A DNA stretch of 64,000 nucleotides, from the NCBI GenBank assembly GCA_963765495.1, contig CAVXWP010000001.1, forward strand, positions 192,001 to 256,000, read 5' to 3'. Below, in pieces: positions 17,383-26,558 of this stretch. The notes under the pieces are model-generated. The model was not told the DNA's origin. It did no database searches and was given only the letters and a program-made list of their open reading frames with translations. This DNA is from Blastocatellia bacterium. Its GTDB lineage: Bacteria; Acidobacteriota; Blastocatellia; UBA7656. Position 1 is the first letter of the stretch, and each line of letters begins with the position of its first letter. A program made the position numbers and the translations under genes.

Positions 17383-20076
17383 ATGAGGAGATATCTCTGG
17401 ATCATTTCTTTGATTGCAATAATTCTATGTCCGGGTAAGCAATACCCGGGCAAAATGCTGCTCTTGACCCTGAACGATTCTGTTCAGGCCCAGGCTTCTA
17501 CAGAACCTGAGCCGCCTCGTGTCTGGCTCAACACCGCTTACACGCCGCCTGCCGGAAATACGATCAATGTTCAGGCCGGGGGCAATCTTCAAGCCGCGCT
17601 CGATCAGGCGCAACCCGGCGATCAGATCGTGCTTCAGGCCGGGGCCTCCTTTACAGGCAATTTCGTGCTGCCCGCAAAGACGGGGTCGAATTGGATCGTG
17701 CTGAGGAGTTCCAATATGGCGGGTATCCCACAGGAAAATGAACGGGTGGTACCCGGTGTCCACGCATCCGCGATGCCCAAAATATTGAGTCCGAACAATT
17801 CCGGCGCTATAACCACCGCCGCTCAATCTCATCATTACAGATTTATCGGCATAGAGTTTGGCCTTGCGTCTTCGGTGGCCGCCAATACGGGCATCATTCG
17901 TCTGGGCGATCCTTACGAAACGCACTTAAACAACGTGTCTCACGACCTGATCATAGACAGGTGTTATATTCACGGCAATCCTTTGGTCAATGCCCGCCGG
18001 GGGGTGGCGCTCAACAGCGCATCGACCGCCATCGTAGACTCATACATATCCGAGATTCACGAAGTCGGGGCCGACTCGCAGGCCGTGTGCGGATGGAATG
18101 GCCCCGGCCCTTACAAGATCGTCAATAATCACCTGGAAGCATCGGGTGAAAACGTGATGTTTGGCGGGGCCGATCCGGCCATTTACGGGCTCATACCCTC
18201 CGACATCGAATTTCGCCGTAATCACTGCTTCAAACCGCTTTCCTGGAAACAGGGCCAGCCGGGGTTTGCGGGCACTGCGTGGTCGGTCAAGAATCTGTGC
18301 GAGCTTAAAAACGCGCAGCGAATCGTGCTGGAGGGCAATCTGTTTGAGAATAATTGGATGGAGTCACAGACCGGCTACGCGATACTGATCAAATCGGTCA
18401 ATCAGGATGGGACAGCGCCCTGGTGCACTACGCAGGATGTTGATTTCAAAAACAACATAGTGCGCCACACCGGATCGGCGGTAAACATTCTGGGCCGCGC
18501 GCAGGACCAGCTCGGCGGGCAGACGAAAAGGGTTCGCATCAAAAACAACCTCTTCGAAGATGTGAGCAGCACGCCCTGGAATGGAGCGGGGGCTTTCCTG
18601 CAAATATCCGATACCCCGGACGTGACCGTAGATCACAACACGGCGATGCAAACCGGAAACATCATCGTAGCCTATGGACCCGCCTCGCCCGGTTTCGTCT
18701 TTATAAACAACGTGATGCCTCATAACACATACGGTGTAAAGGGGGACGGCACTGGCGTAGGCACACCCACAATCGACCAGTACTTTCCCGCGAGCGTGTT
18801 TCGAAGGAATGCGATGGTCGGGGGACAGGGATTTCCGTATCCGGCCGATAATCTCTTTTTTGCAACGCTCGGCGAGATCGGATTCGTGGACCGCGCAAAC
18901 GGCAATTATCGCCTGACCCCAAACAGCCCGTGCCGAAATGCCGGAACCGACGGACAGGATTTAGGCGCAGACATTGATGCCATTGAGGCAGCCATGTCCG
19001 AAAACGGCCCGCCCTCTGGAAACCTGCCGCCGCAGGTGAGCGCTTCGGCTTCTCAGACATCGGGCGCTGCCCCGCTCGGAGTAAGCTTTACAGGAGTCGG
19101 GCAGGACCCCGACGGCTGGATAGCTCAATACGATTGGGATTTCGGAGACGGACAAACCTCAAACATCGCATCGCCCATGCACGTCTATCAAACGCCGGCA
19201 AACTACACGGCGCAGTTGACCGTAAGAGACAACCTCGGCGCGACGGCAAGCGCAACCGTGGGACTCACGGTAAACGGCAATGGAACCATTACGGCTGAAA
19301 ACGTGGTCTGGACCAATTCGGTAGGCTGCGCGGTCACAGGCAACTCACTGCGAAAGACATCAAGCGAGGGCTGGGGAAATTCGGGCGCATCGTCGTCGCA
19401 AAGAATACTTTCAGGCGACGGCTATATGGAATTTACGGCCTCCGAGACCACCCTCGAACGAGTATGCGGTTTGACCGGCAACGATTCGAATCAATACTAC
19501 AACACCATCGCTTACGCCGTTCAACTGAGCACTGGCCGCGCGTTTTATGTCTTCGAAATGGGAGCAAGCCGGGGGTACTTCGGAGACTACAACTCAGGCG
19601 ATGTCTTCCGCATAGCTATCGAATCGGGCGTGGTCAGGTATTACCGCAACGGCGCGGTCTTTTATACGAGCGCGGTCGCGCCTGCATATCCGATGATGGC
19701 CGATGCTTCGCTTGGCGGGACAAATTCGACGATCAGCAACGCGAAGATAGCTTTCATATCGGAGGAGCCGGACCCGACAGCTCCTCCCGTCGTGCGCGTG
19801 CTCACGCCAAACACAAACGAGAATATAAGCGCGGGAGCTACATACTCGATTACCTGGACGGTGACGGGGCCAAAGCTAAGGCGTAACACAATCGAGCTAT
19901 CGCTTGACGGAGGGTCGAGCTGGAGCCTTGTCGCCAAGACCTCGGGCGCGGCCACCAGTTATAACTGGAGAGTTCCGCGCCGTCCAAGCAGCAGGGCGCG
20001 CATTCGCGTCACCGCTCTGGCCGCGAACGGATCGACCGGCGAGGATCAAAGTGATACGACCTTTGTAATTCGCTGA
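17383..20076 (+). CDS. Secreted right-handed beta-helix (pectin-lyase-like) protein with PKD and further Ig-like/beta domains
   Basis: LQAALDQAQPGDQIVL cap, Asn-ladder repeats, PKD motif YDWDFGDG...HVY...YTAQLTVRD, C-terminal SLDGGSSW...YNWRVP domain; AAGGA RBS before the ATG at 17383. Confidence 0.8.
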   Translation: MRRYLWIISLIAIILCPGKQYPGKMLLLTLNDSVQAQASTEPEPPRVWLNTAYTPPAGNTINVQAGGNLQAALDQAQPGDQIVLQAGASFTGNFVLPAKTGSNWIVLRSSNMAGIPQENERVVPGVHASAMPKILSPNNSGAITTAAQSHHYRFIGIEFGLASSVAANTGIIRLGDPYETHLNNVSHDLIIDRCYIHGNPLVNARRGVALNSASTAIVDSYISEIHEVGADSQAVCGWNGPGPYKIVNNHLEASGENVMFGGADPAIYGLIPSDIEFRRNHCFKPLSWKQGQPGFAGTAWSVKNLCELKNAQRIVLEGNLFENNWMESQTGYAILIKSVNQDGTAPWCTTQDVDFKNNIVRHTGSAVNILGRAQDQLGGQTKRVRIKNNLFEDVSSTPWNGAGAFLQISDTPDVTVDHNTAMQTGNIIVAYGPASPGFVFINNVMPHNTYGVKGDGTGVGTPTIDQYFPASVFRRNAMVGGQGFPYPADNLFFATLGEIGFVDRANGNYRLTPNSPCRNAGTDGQDLGADIDAIEAAMSENGPPSGNLPPQVSASASQTSGAAPLGVSFTGVGQDPDGWIAQYDWDFGDGQTSNIASPMHVYQTPANYTAQLTVRDNLGATASATVGLTVNGNGTITAENVVWTNSVGCAVTGNSLRKTSSEGWGNSGASSSQRILSGDGYMEFTASETTLERVCGLTGNDSNQYYNTIAYAVQLSTGRAFYVFEMGASRGYFGDYNSGDVFRIAIESGVVRYYRNGAVFYTSAVAPAYPMMADASLGGTNSTISNAKIAFISEEPDPTAPPVVRVLTPNTNENISAGATYSITWTVTGPKLRRNTIELSLDGGSSWSLVAKTSGAATSYNWRVPRRPSSRARIRVTALAANGSTGEDQSDTTFVIR

Positions 20077-20085
20077 GATACTTCA

Positions 20086-20159
20086 GACAGGATTGACAGG
20101 ATTAACAGGATTTCCCAATCATCTTCGGAAATCTTTTCTAATCCTGTTAATCCTGTCAA
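20086..20159. repeat. Inverted nonamer element (RACAGGATT)3 ... (AATCCTGTY)2-3
   Basis: gacaggatt gacaggatt aacaggatt versus aatcctgtt aatcctgtc; a related half copy lies at ~2710-2730. Confidence 0.85.
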
Positions 20160-20519
20160 AAAAATCGGACTCCCATCACCTGCCTGCCGCTTGCGCCTCG
20201 ATTTATCCGGGCTTTTTTTGCGCTCATAATTTTTTGCAATATTTCCCGAGTTCCGAGTGTTGATAAACATGAGACGCTCACTGAGAGCCAAAGCGGTAAA
20301 TTATAGTGATCGCAACGAACAAGCAAAGGGAAAGGCAATGAACAAGGAAGGCGGGAAACCCACATATATATTTAATCATCCAGCGGGGATTATTCTTTCC
20401 TGCCTCAGGAACGGCGTTCCACTGCCAATTAACAAACTCTCCGTTTAAGCCTGCGGCTTAGGCGTTGAGACAGAAAAAGACCGACGGCTGTTTTGATCGT
20501 TTGATACGAGGATATCTCT

Positions 20520-20855
20520 GTGCCCGGAAAAAATAAGATAAAGACTCTTGCGCTGATTACCTTAACAATATTCTTCTTCTGCATATTCGCAGATCAGGCG
20601 CGTTCGTCCGTTTGCCTTGCCAACACAGCCGCCACCAGATCGGGCGGAGAGGCCGAAACATCAGAATCTCCGCACCAGCTTGCCAGCAATAGAGAATCTC
20701 AGAGTATAGATGCAGGTGAGCGCACCGCTATCGTGATCCCGACGCATGTAGAGCCGCTGCTTCTGCTAATGCTCGGCTCACTACTGTTGTCGGCCGCCTC
20801 GGCCGCAAAGCTCGCGGTCTCGCGCAAGACTAAAAGCAAACCAAATATGCTTTGA
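20520..20855 (+). CDS. Small secreted protein with PEP-CTERM-like C-terminal sorting tail
   Basis: N-terminal signal peptide; C-terminal HVEP-LLLLMLGSLLL..-RKTKSK (motif, TM helix, basic cluster); GAGG RBS. Confidence 0.6.
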   Translation: MPGKNKIKTLALITLTIFFFCIFADQARSSVCLANTAATRSGGEAETSESPHQLASNRESQSIDAGERTAIVIPTHVEPLLLLMLGSLLLSAASAAKLAVSRKTKSKPNML

Positions 20856-20933
20856 CCCGTTAACCGCGTCCGGCCTCGAAGGCCGGACACCGGATCACAA
20901 TCCAGTTGATCACTTTTGAAGGAGGGCTACGAA

Positions 20934-22505
20934 ATGCCAAGCCTCAGACCTCGAACCCTTTCTGAATACGTTCAGGCGTTCTGGCGGAGAAAGTTGCTGT
21001 TTTTTTTGATGTCAACCGCTATGTTGATTTCAACATTTTTGATTATCAGAAGATTGCCTGACTATTTTCAGTCAAGCGCCTCTGTCGTAGTATCGGGCGA
21101 ACAGCAGGACCGACAGGCGGTCTCTGCCCGGGTGGCTACGATAACCGAACGCATCGACAGCCGTTCGTTTCTCGAATCGCTTATCAAGCGCCATAACCTT
21201 TACCCCGAAGAGATGCGTAATGACGGAGTGGAAGCCGCCATCGCGCGCATGCGCAAGGATATAAAGATCGATACAAAGTATCGCGGCGATGATCCCGAAA
21301 CGTTGACTATCGTATACCGTTACTCGGACCCTGCTACCGCAAAGAATGTGGCGACAGAGATGATCTCCGCGTTTGGCAGGATGAATGATGCCGTCGAGCA
21401 GCAGGTGACCGACGAATCGGGCAAGGTCGCATCTGAAATTTCAGAGATCGAAACCCGCCTCGATCAGCTTGGCCAGCAGCGAGCCGTAGCCGCAGCCCGC
21501 AGTCGCGCAGCCGCCCGCATACAGAGCGTGTCGAGCGAGATTCGCGCTCAACGAATCGCCGCCCGCTCATCGTCCGAGGAACTGAGCAACAAACAATACG
21601 CCCTCCAACAACAGATAGCCCAGCAAAAACAGCAGATTGAGGATCAGGAAAAGATAGTCAAATCCGCGCCTACCGATACGCACGCGGGCGGGTCTTACGG
21701 CGTGCTGCTCGTTCGAAAGGCCGAGATAAACGCTCAACTGAAAGAGTATGCCACGCAATATACGGATCAGAACCCGAAGGTGATCCAGGCCCGCACTCAG
21801 CTTGCCGAAGTCAATCGCCAGATCGAGCAACTGAACGCTTCATCTCAGCAGGGCGCGCCCGTAAGCTCGCCCGAAGCGCGCGAACTTCGAGCCATGCAGC
21901 GAGAACTCGCCCGCATGCAAACCGAACTCGAAGTCACGCGGCGCGAGCTTGAAAACAAGAAACAGACGCTCGACTCGACCCCGGCTGTAAGCGCAGTAAG
22001 CGTGCCTGTGGCATCAACCGGCCCCGCCATAGCAAACATCTCGACCGAAAACGATGTGGAGCGACTGCGGGATCGTTATAACGCATTGCTCAGAAAACAG
22101 GAGTCGCTTCAGAACATGCAGGTCGCGGCAGCGGGACTCGATCCGGGAGTCTTTCAGATCGTGGATTTACCGGCCGAATCGCAGATGGCGTCGGGGCCAA
22201 ATCGCACACGGCTCATTCTTGTCGCGCTGGCGCTCGCTCTTGTAGTGGGGCTTGCGGTGGCCGCCGCCGTAGAGTTTCCGCACCTCCTGCGCATACACGA
22301 TGATCGAGACACCCAGTATTATCTGGGCGCGCCCGTGATTGCGCTTATCCCGGAAACCCTTACCCCGGTCGAGCAGGGCCGCACGCGCCGCCTCGCCTTT
22401 ACGCGCACGCTCGGTCTGTTCCTGCTCAGCGCGGCGCTCGTGCCGTTGCTTGTTTTCCTGCTCGGCCATCTAAAAATCTTTCAGGCTCTTGCAATCCGAT
22501 GGTGA
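20934..22505 (+). CDS. Polysaccharide chain-length determinant / co-polymerase (Wzz/GumC-like)
   Basis: N-terminal TM, long coiled coil with YTDQNPKV, FQIVDLP...GPNR before a second TM, LGAPVIALIP. Confidence 0.85.
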   Translation: MPSLRPRTLSEYVQAFWRRKLLFFLMSTAMLISTFLIIRRLPDYFQSSASVVVSGEQQDRQAVSARVATITERIDSRSFLESLIKRHNLYPEEMRNDGVEAAIARMRKDIKIDTKYRGDDPETLTIVYRYSDPATAKNVATEMISAFGRMNDAVEQQVTDESGKVASEISEIETRLDQLGQQRAVAAARSRAAARIQSVSSEIRAQRIAARSSSEELSNKQYALQQQIAQQKQQIEDQEKIVKSAPTDTHAGGSYGVLLVRKAEINAQLKEYATQYTDQNPKVIQARTQLAEVNRQIEQLNASSQQGAPVSSPEARELRAMQRELARMQTELEVTRRELENKKQTLDSTPAVSAVSVPVASTGPAIANISTENDVERLRDRYNALLRKQESLQNMQVAAAGLDPGVFQIVDLPAESQMASGPNRTRLILVALALALVVGLAVAAAVEFPHLLRIHDDRDTQYYLGAPVIALIPETLTPVEQGRTRRLAFTRTLGLFLLSAALVPLLVFLLGHLKIFQALAIRW

Positions 22506-22570
22506 GGCAAGGACGCGACCCCGCAAGGCAGATTTCATAACGAAGAAATCCTTTAACAAGAGAGAAGACG

Positions 22571-23458
22571 ATGGGAAAAGTATACGAAGCCATAAAGAAA
22601 GCCGAAAGCGAGCAGCCTCCGATGGCGGGGGTCTTCGCCGGAACAGTTCACTCAAACGGTCATCCGACCGATGACGGGATGCTCGAACAGGACGAGTTCG
22701 ATTTCGTCCATTATTCGCTCAATACGCCTTCGGCATCCGAACTGGAAAATCTGCAACGAGAGAGAGAAGCCACCGCCCTGTTGCGCCAGTCTCTGACCGA
22801 ACCCGCCAGCGAGGCGACGATAGACCTGATGAGAATGGATCCTCATCTTGCGGCTTTTTACGATTATGACAGGCGAGCCGTCGAACAATATAACAAGCTT
22901 GCGATAGCCCTGATTTCCGGGGCCGCTTTGCGCCCGATCAAGCGCGTGCTCATAGCCTCGGCCCAGCACGGCGAAGGCCGCACGCTTGTCACGCTCAATC
23001 TGGCCTGCGCCCTTGCCCAGGCCAAACAACGTGTTCTGGTAGTCGATACCGATTTTCATCGCCCCTCCGTGTTGCGGCTGCTTGGGATCGAAACCGAGCT
23101 TGGAATAGCCGAGGCGATTGCGCGAAACCTCAGACCCGGCGCGGCTGCGATTCGCGTCCTGCCTTATGATTTCGTAGTGCTGCCCACACGCGAGCGGGTC
23201 GAAACCCCGGCTGAACTTCTGGCATCAAACGCGCTTCGAGAGATGCTCTACGCCTTCAGTCTCGATTATGACTTTATCCTTCTGGATTCTCCGCCGCTTT
23301 TGACCACGGCGGATTCGAACCTTTTATTGCGGCTCGCCGACGCGACGTTGATGGTAGTCCGGGCGGGAAAGAATACATCCGCGCAGATGGGCAAGGCCAT
23401 CTCTCCGTTGACCGAAGAGAGCCTGTTTGGCGTAGTGCTAAACCGCGCGACCAGATAA
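22571..23458 (+). CDS. CpsD/CapB family BY-kinase with atypical Walker A (GEGRT)
   Basis: Walker A SAQHGEGRT, A' VVDTDFHRP, B ILLDSPP, end GVVLN. Confidence 0.85.
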   Translation: MGKVYEAIKKAESEQPPMAGVFAGTVHSNGHPTDDGMLEQDEFDFVHYSLNTPSASELENLQREREATALLRQSLTEPASEATIDLMRMDPHLAAFYDYDRRAVEQYNKLAIALISGAALRPIKRVLIASAQHGEGRTLVTLNLACALAQAKQRVLVVDTDFHRPSVLRLLGIETELGIAEAIARNLRPGAAAIRVLPYDFVVLPTRERVETPAELLASNALREMLYAFSLDYDFILLDSPPLLTTADSNLLLRLADATLMVVRAGKNTSAQMGKAISPLTEESLFGVVLNRATR

Positions 23459-23502
23459 GCCCGACACGGATGAAAGAAGAACAGGAAAGCAGATAGCCCC
23501 TG

Positions 23503-24885
23503 ATGAAATCGAGAAATCGTTCACGCGCATTATGTATTTTGCTCTTCGAGAGCCTGCTCACCTATCTATGCGGGCTGGGGGCGATCTATATCAGGTTTGC
23601 CTCCGAGGCCAGGGATGCGCTTGTGGGCGAGCGCGGCTGGTTGAAGGTGATACTGCTGATGGTGATCGTTCAAGGCTCTTTTTATGTATTCGACCTTTAC
23701 GATTTCCGGCTGATCCGCCGCCGCATAACGCTCTACATCCGCATATTTCAAGCCATCGGTCTGGCCTCGATTGCGCTGGCCGTGGTCTTTTATTGCGTGC
23801 CGCAGGTGATGCTCGGTCGCGGCGTGTTTCTGGTAAGCCTGCTGCTTATGCTCACGGTTATGGCCTGCTGGCGCGTATTTGCGATGTGGCTTCTGGGCCA
23901 CCCGCGCCTTGCCGAGCGCGTGCTCATACTCGGCACCGAAAAGGGCGCCGTAGACCTTGCCCGTGAAGTGCTTGAACGGCGCGAGGTCGGCTATGAGGTG
24001 GTCGGATTCGTAGGCGATGATCCGAAACTGCTCGGGCAAAGCCTGATAAACCCGAGGGTCATCGGCCTGACTCCCGATCTTGAAGAGATAGTGCGCCGTT
24101 ATCGCCCCGACCGCATAGTTGTGGCGATCAGCCAGCGGCGCGGGCGGCTGCCGCTCGACCCCCTGCTCAGGCTGAAGCTGCGCAGTGATGTCGCGGTCGA
24201 AGACTCGACCTCGTTTTATGAGAGGCTGACGGGCAAGATCAGCACGGAGATGCTCAGGCCAAGCTGGCTGATATTTTCAAACATCTCGCCCGGTCTGCCG
24301 GTCTATAAACGGATACGCCGATTCGTAGATGTAGTGATGGCGCTTTTCGGCTTTATCACTTCGCTGCCGCTGATGGTGCTGACGGTGCTTGCCATAAAGC
24401 TCGATTCGCGCGGCCCCGTCTTCTACACGCAGGAGAGGGTCGGAACACACAACGAGACATTCAAGATCATAAAATTTCGCTCCATGCGCGTCGACGCCGA
24501 AAAGGGCGGACCCGTATGGGCCGATGAGGCTGACCCGCGCGTCACTCGCGTAGGGCGCATCATCAGAAAGCTTCGCATAGATGAACTGCCGCAGTTTGTA
24601 AACGTGATCTGGGGCGACATGAGCTTTATAGGGCCGCGACCGGAGCGCCCCGTCTTTGTAGCCCAGCTTGAACGCGAAATACCATATTACTCGCAGCGCC
24701 ATATGGTGAAGCCTGGGCTGACCGGGTGGGCGCAGATTCGTTACCCGTACGGTGCGTCCGTCGAAGACGCGATTGAGAAGCTACAGTACGACCTCTACTA
24801 CATCAAGAACCAGTCGCCTGTGCTTGATGCAATCATTTTATTTGAGACCGTCAGAATCATCCTCTTCGGAAGAGGAGCCAGATGA
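23503..24885 (+). CDS. Priming polyprenyl glycosylphosphotransferase (PEP-CTERM/exosortase-associated type)
   Basis: Four N-terminal TMs, then KFRSM, DPRVTRVG, RIDELPQF, GPRPERP, KPGLTGWAQI, YDLYYIKN. Confidence 0.92.
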   Translation: MKSRNRSRALCILLFESLLTYLCGLGAIYIRFASEARDALVGERGWLKVILLMVIVQGSFYVFDLYDFRLIRRRITLYIRIFQAIGLASIALAVVFYCVPQVMLGRGVFLVSLLLMLTVMACWRVFAMWLLGHPRLAERVLILGTEKGAVDLAREVLERREVGYEVVGFVGDDPKLLGQSLINPRVIGLTPDLEEIVRRYRPDRIVVAISQRRGRLPLDPLLRLKLRSDVAVEDSTSFYERLTGKISTEMLRPSWLIFSNISPGLPVYKRIRRFVDVVMALFGFITSLPLMVLTVLAIKLDSRGPVFYTQERVGTHNETFKIIKFRSMRVDAEKGGPVWADEADPRVTRVGRIIRKLRIDELPQFVNVIWGDMSFIGPRPERPVFVAQLEREIPYYSQRHMVKPGLTGWAQIRYPYGASVEDAIEKLQYDLYYIKNQSPVLDAIILFETVRIILFGRGAR

Positions 24886-24901
24886 GAAAGGAGGCATGAC
24901 G

Positions 24902-25679
24902 ATGAAGAGAAGAAGACCATATTTGATGATCGCTGATTTTATGCTGGGGGCGCTCGTTTTCGTTTATTCATTCCCGGCAGTTCGCGCAGACGCAGGCAGC
25001 CGCGCTCGCCAGCGCGAAAGATGATAAGACCGACAGCAAGGCGAGTAGTAAGGCGGCTCAGCCCGAAGACCCGTATTTCACAAACATCTATCGGGATTTT
25101 TATGACAGCTACAAACTCGGTCCCGATGATGAGATCGCCGTTCGCATACTGGGCCAGCCCGATTACTCGCTCGAAAAGGTGGAAGTCTCTCCGGTGGGGC
25201 GCATCTATCATCCGCTGCTTGGCGATGTCGAGGTAGCCGGGCTGAACGTCGAACAGGTGACCGCAAAATTGAGCACGCAGTTGAGCCAGTACATCATAAA
25301 TCCAAAGGTGAGCGTCTCTTTGCTCGAAGCAAAAAGCGCGATGATCGGCGTGATTGGCGATGTCACGCGGCCCGGCATAGTAGTGATGGCGCGGCCCATG
25401 ACGGTGCTTGACGTTCTGTCTACATCGGGCGGCATCACAAGCCTCGGCAGCCAGTCCAATGTCACGGTGCTCAGACAGCTTGGCGGCGGTCGCACAAGCA
25501 CGATGAAGGTCAATGTGAAACGAATAGTCGAAGGCAAGGCCAACGCGGAAGAGAACATCTCCTTGCAGGCAGGCGATACCGTGATCGTACACGGCAACAA
25601 GATGAAGAAAATCGCCTCCATCACATCACTTCTGGGATTCGGGCAATTCGTCGGTTTTATCGCGGGCGTGGGCAGATAG
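24902..25679 (+). pseudogene. wza: Polysaccharide export protein (Wza/SLBB), frameshifted near 24980 in this sequence
   Basis: AGGAGG RBS plus a signal peptide from 24902 in one frame. The Poly_export (YKLGPDDEI...G.I.HPLLG) and SLBB domains are in another frame with no standard start until 25179. Removing G24980 gives FPAFA-QTQ. Confidence 0.7.
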
Positions 25680-25697
25680 AGCGAAAACGAGGAGGGA

Positions 25698-26486
25698 GTG
25701 CAAATGTTCAACATAGGGCAGGAGGTCAACACCAGATACGGCGTAGGCACGGTAGTCTGCGTCAGCAGCGTCAACCCTCACGTTTATGTTCGCCTGCGCT
25801 CGCGCTCGGGAATCTTCATGCTGGAGGAATCGGATGTCGCCGCAATCGAAGAGATAAGCTCCGATTTGCGTGATGCCAGCCAATCACCGGAAGAGGCAAA
25901 AACAGAGGTAAAAGGGCCGGACACCCGATCTGAAAATGGTGGATACCACGCAGACAGGGTTGACCCTTCCGCGTCCGTTCATTTCAAAGATCACTGGGGG
26001 GGCCGAATGAAAAAGAGATCAATCGACAAGCAAACGCCGCTTTCAATACTCGTGCGCAACCGTCTTGCCGAGCTTGGGATGAAGCAATCGGAGTTCTGTC
26101 GGCAGAACGGGTTCGATCAGGGGCTGCTGTCAAAGATACAGAGTTCGATGATAACCACGCTCAGTCTTGAAAGCACACTCAAGCTCGCCGCCGGGCTGTA
26201 CCTTTCGCCCCGGACGATACTGGAAATCATAGGCCGCCCGGAGATGCATTCACTGATCGTAAATGCTTATTCGGCGGATTCCGATTTGCCGAGTGTGACC
26301 GGCATGGCCGACATCTCTCCGGCCGTGGCCGAAATATCTCAGATGGCCTTGCGCGCTCATCGGATGGGGTGCAACCTCACGCCGATCTTGCAGCAGTTGA
26401 GCAGTCTGACCGTAGCCGCTTCCAGACGCGGAGAGGTTGATGCTGCGGGGGCGAACAGGCTGATCGCGGGAGAGGCGGCAGGCTAG
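25698..26486 (+). CDS. XRE-type helix-turn-helix regulator with N-terminal SH3/KOW-like segment
   Basis: RNRLAELGMKQSEFCRQNGFDQGLLSKIQ HTH; N-terminal FNIGQEVNTRYGVGTVV; GGAGGGAG RBS. Confidence 0.65.
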   Translation: MQMFNIGQEVNTRYGVGTVVCVSSVNPHVYVRLRSRSGIFMLEESDVAAIEEISSDLRDASQSPEEAKTEVKGPDTRSENGGYHADRVDPSASVHFKDHWGGRMKKRSIDKQTPLSILVRNRLAELGMKQSEFCRQNGFDQGLLSKIQSSMITTLSLESTLKLAAGLYLSPRTILEIIGRPEMHSLIVNAYSADSDLPSVTGMADISPAVAEISQMALRAHRMGCNLTPILQQLSSLTVAASRRGEVDAAGANRLIAGEAAG

Positions 26487-26558
26487 GCATATGAACGGGT
26501 GGTCCCCGGGGTCCGCTCAACGAGAAGTCTGCTGAAAGAAGCCCGCAAGAGGAAAGTG

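Noticed and set aside
16730-20520. Canonical JUMPstart/ops element or c-di-GMP riboswitch in the EPS leaders
   Set aside because: No GGCGGTAG, and no GEMM-type GAAA-tetraloop/receptor architecture recognised by eye.
24970-24990. Programmed ribosomal frameshift or phase variation in wza (and at 57370)
   Set aside because: No slippery heptamer, homopolymer or SSR at either junction; an indel error or simple mutation is more parsimonious.
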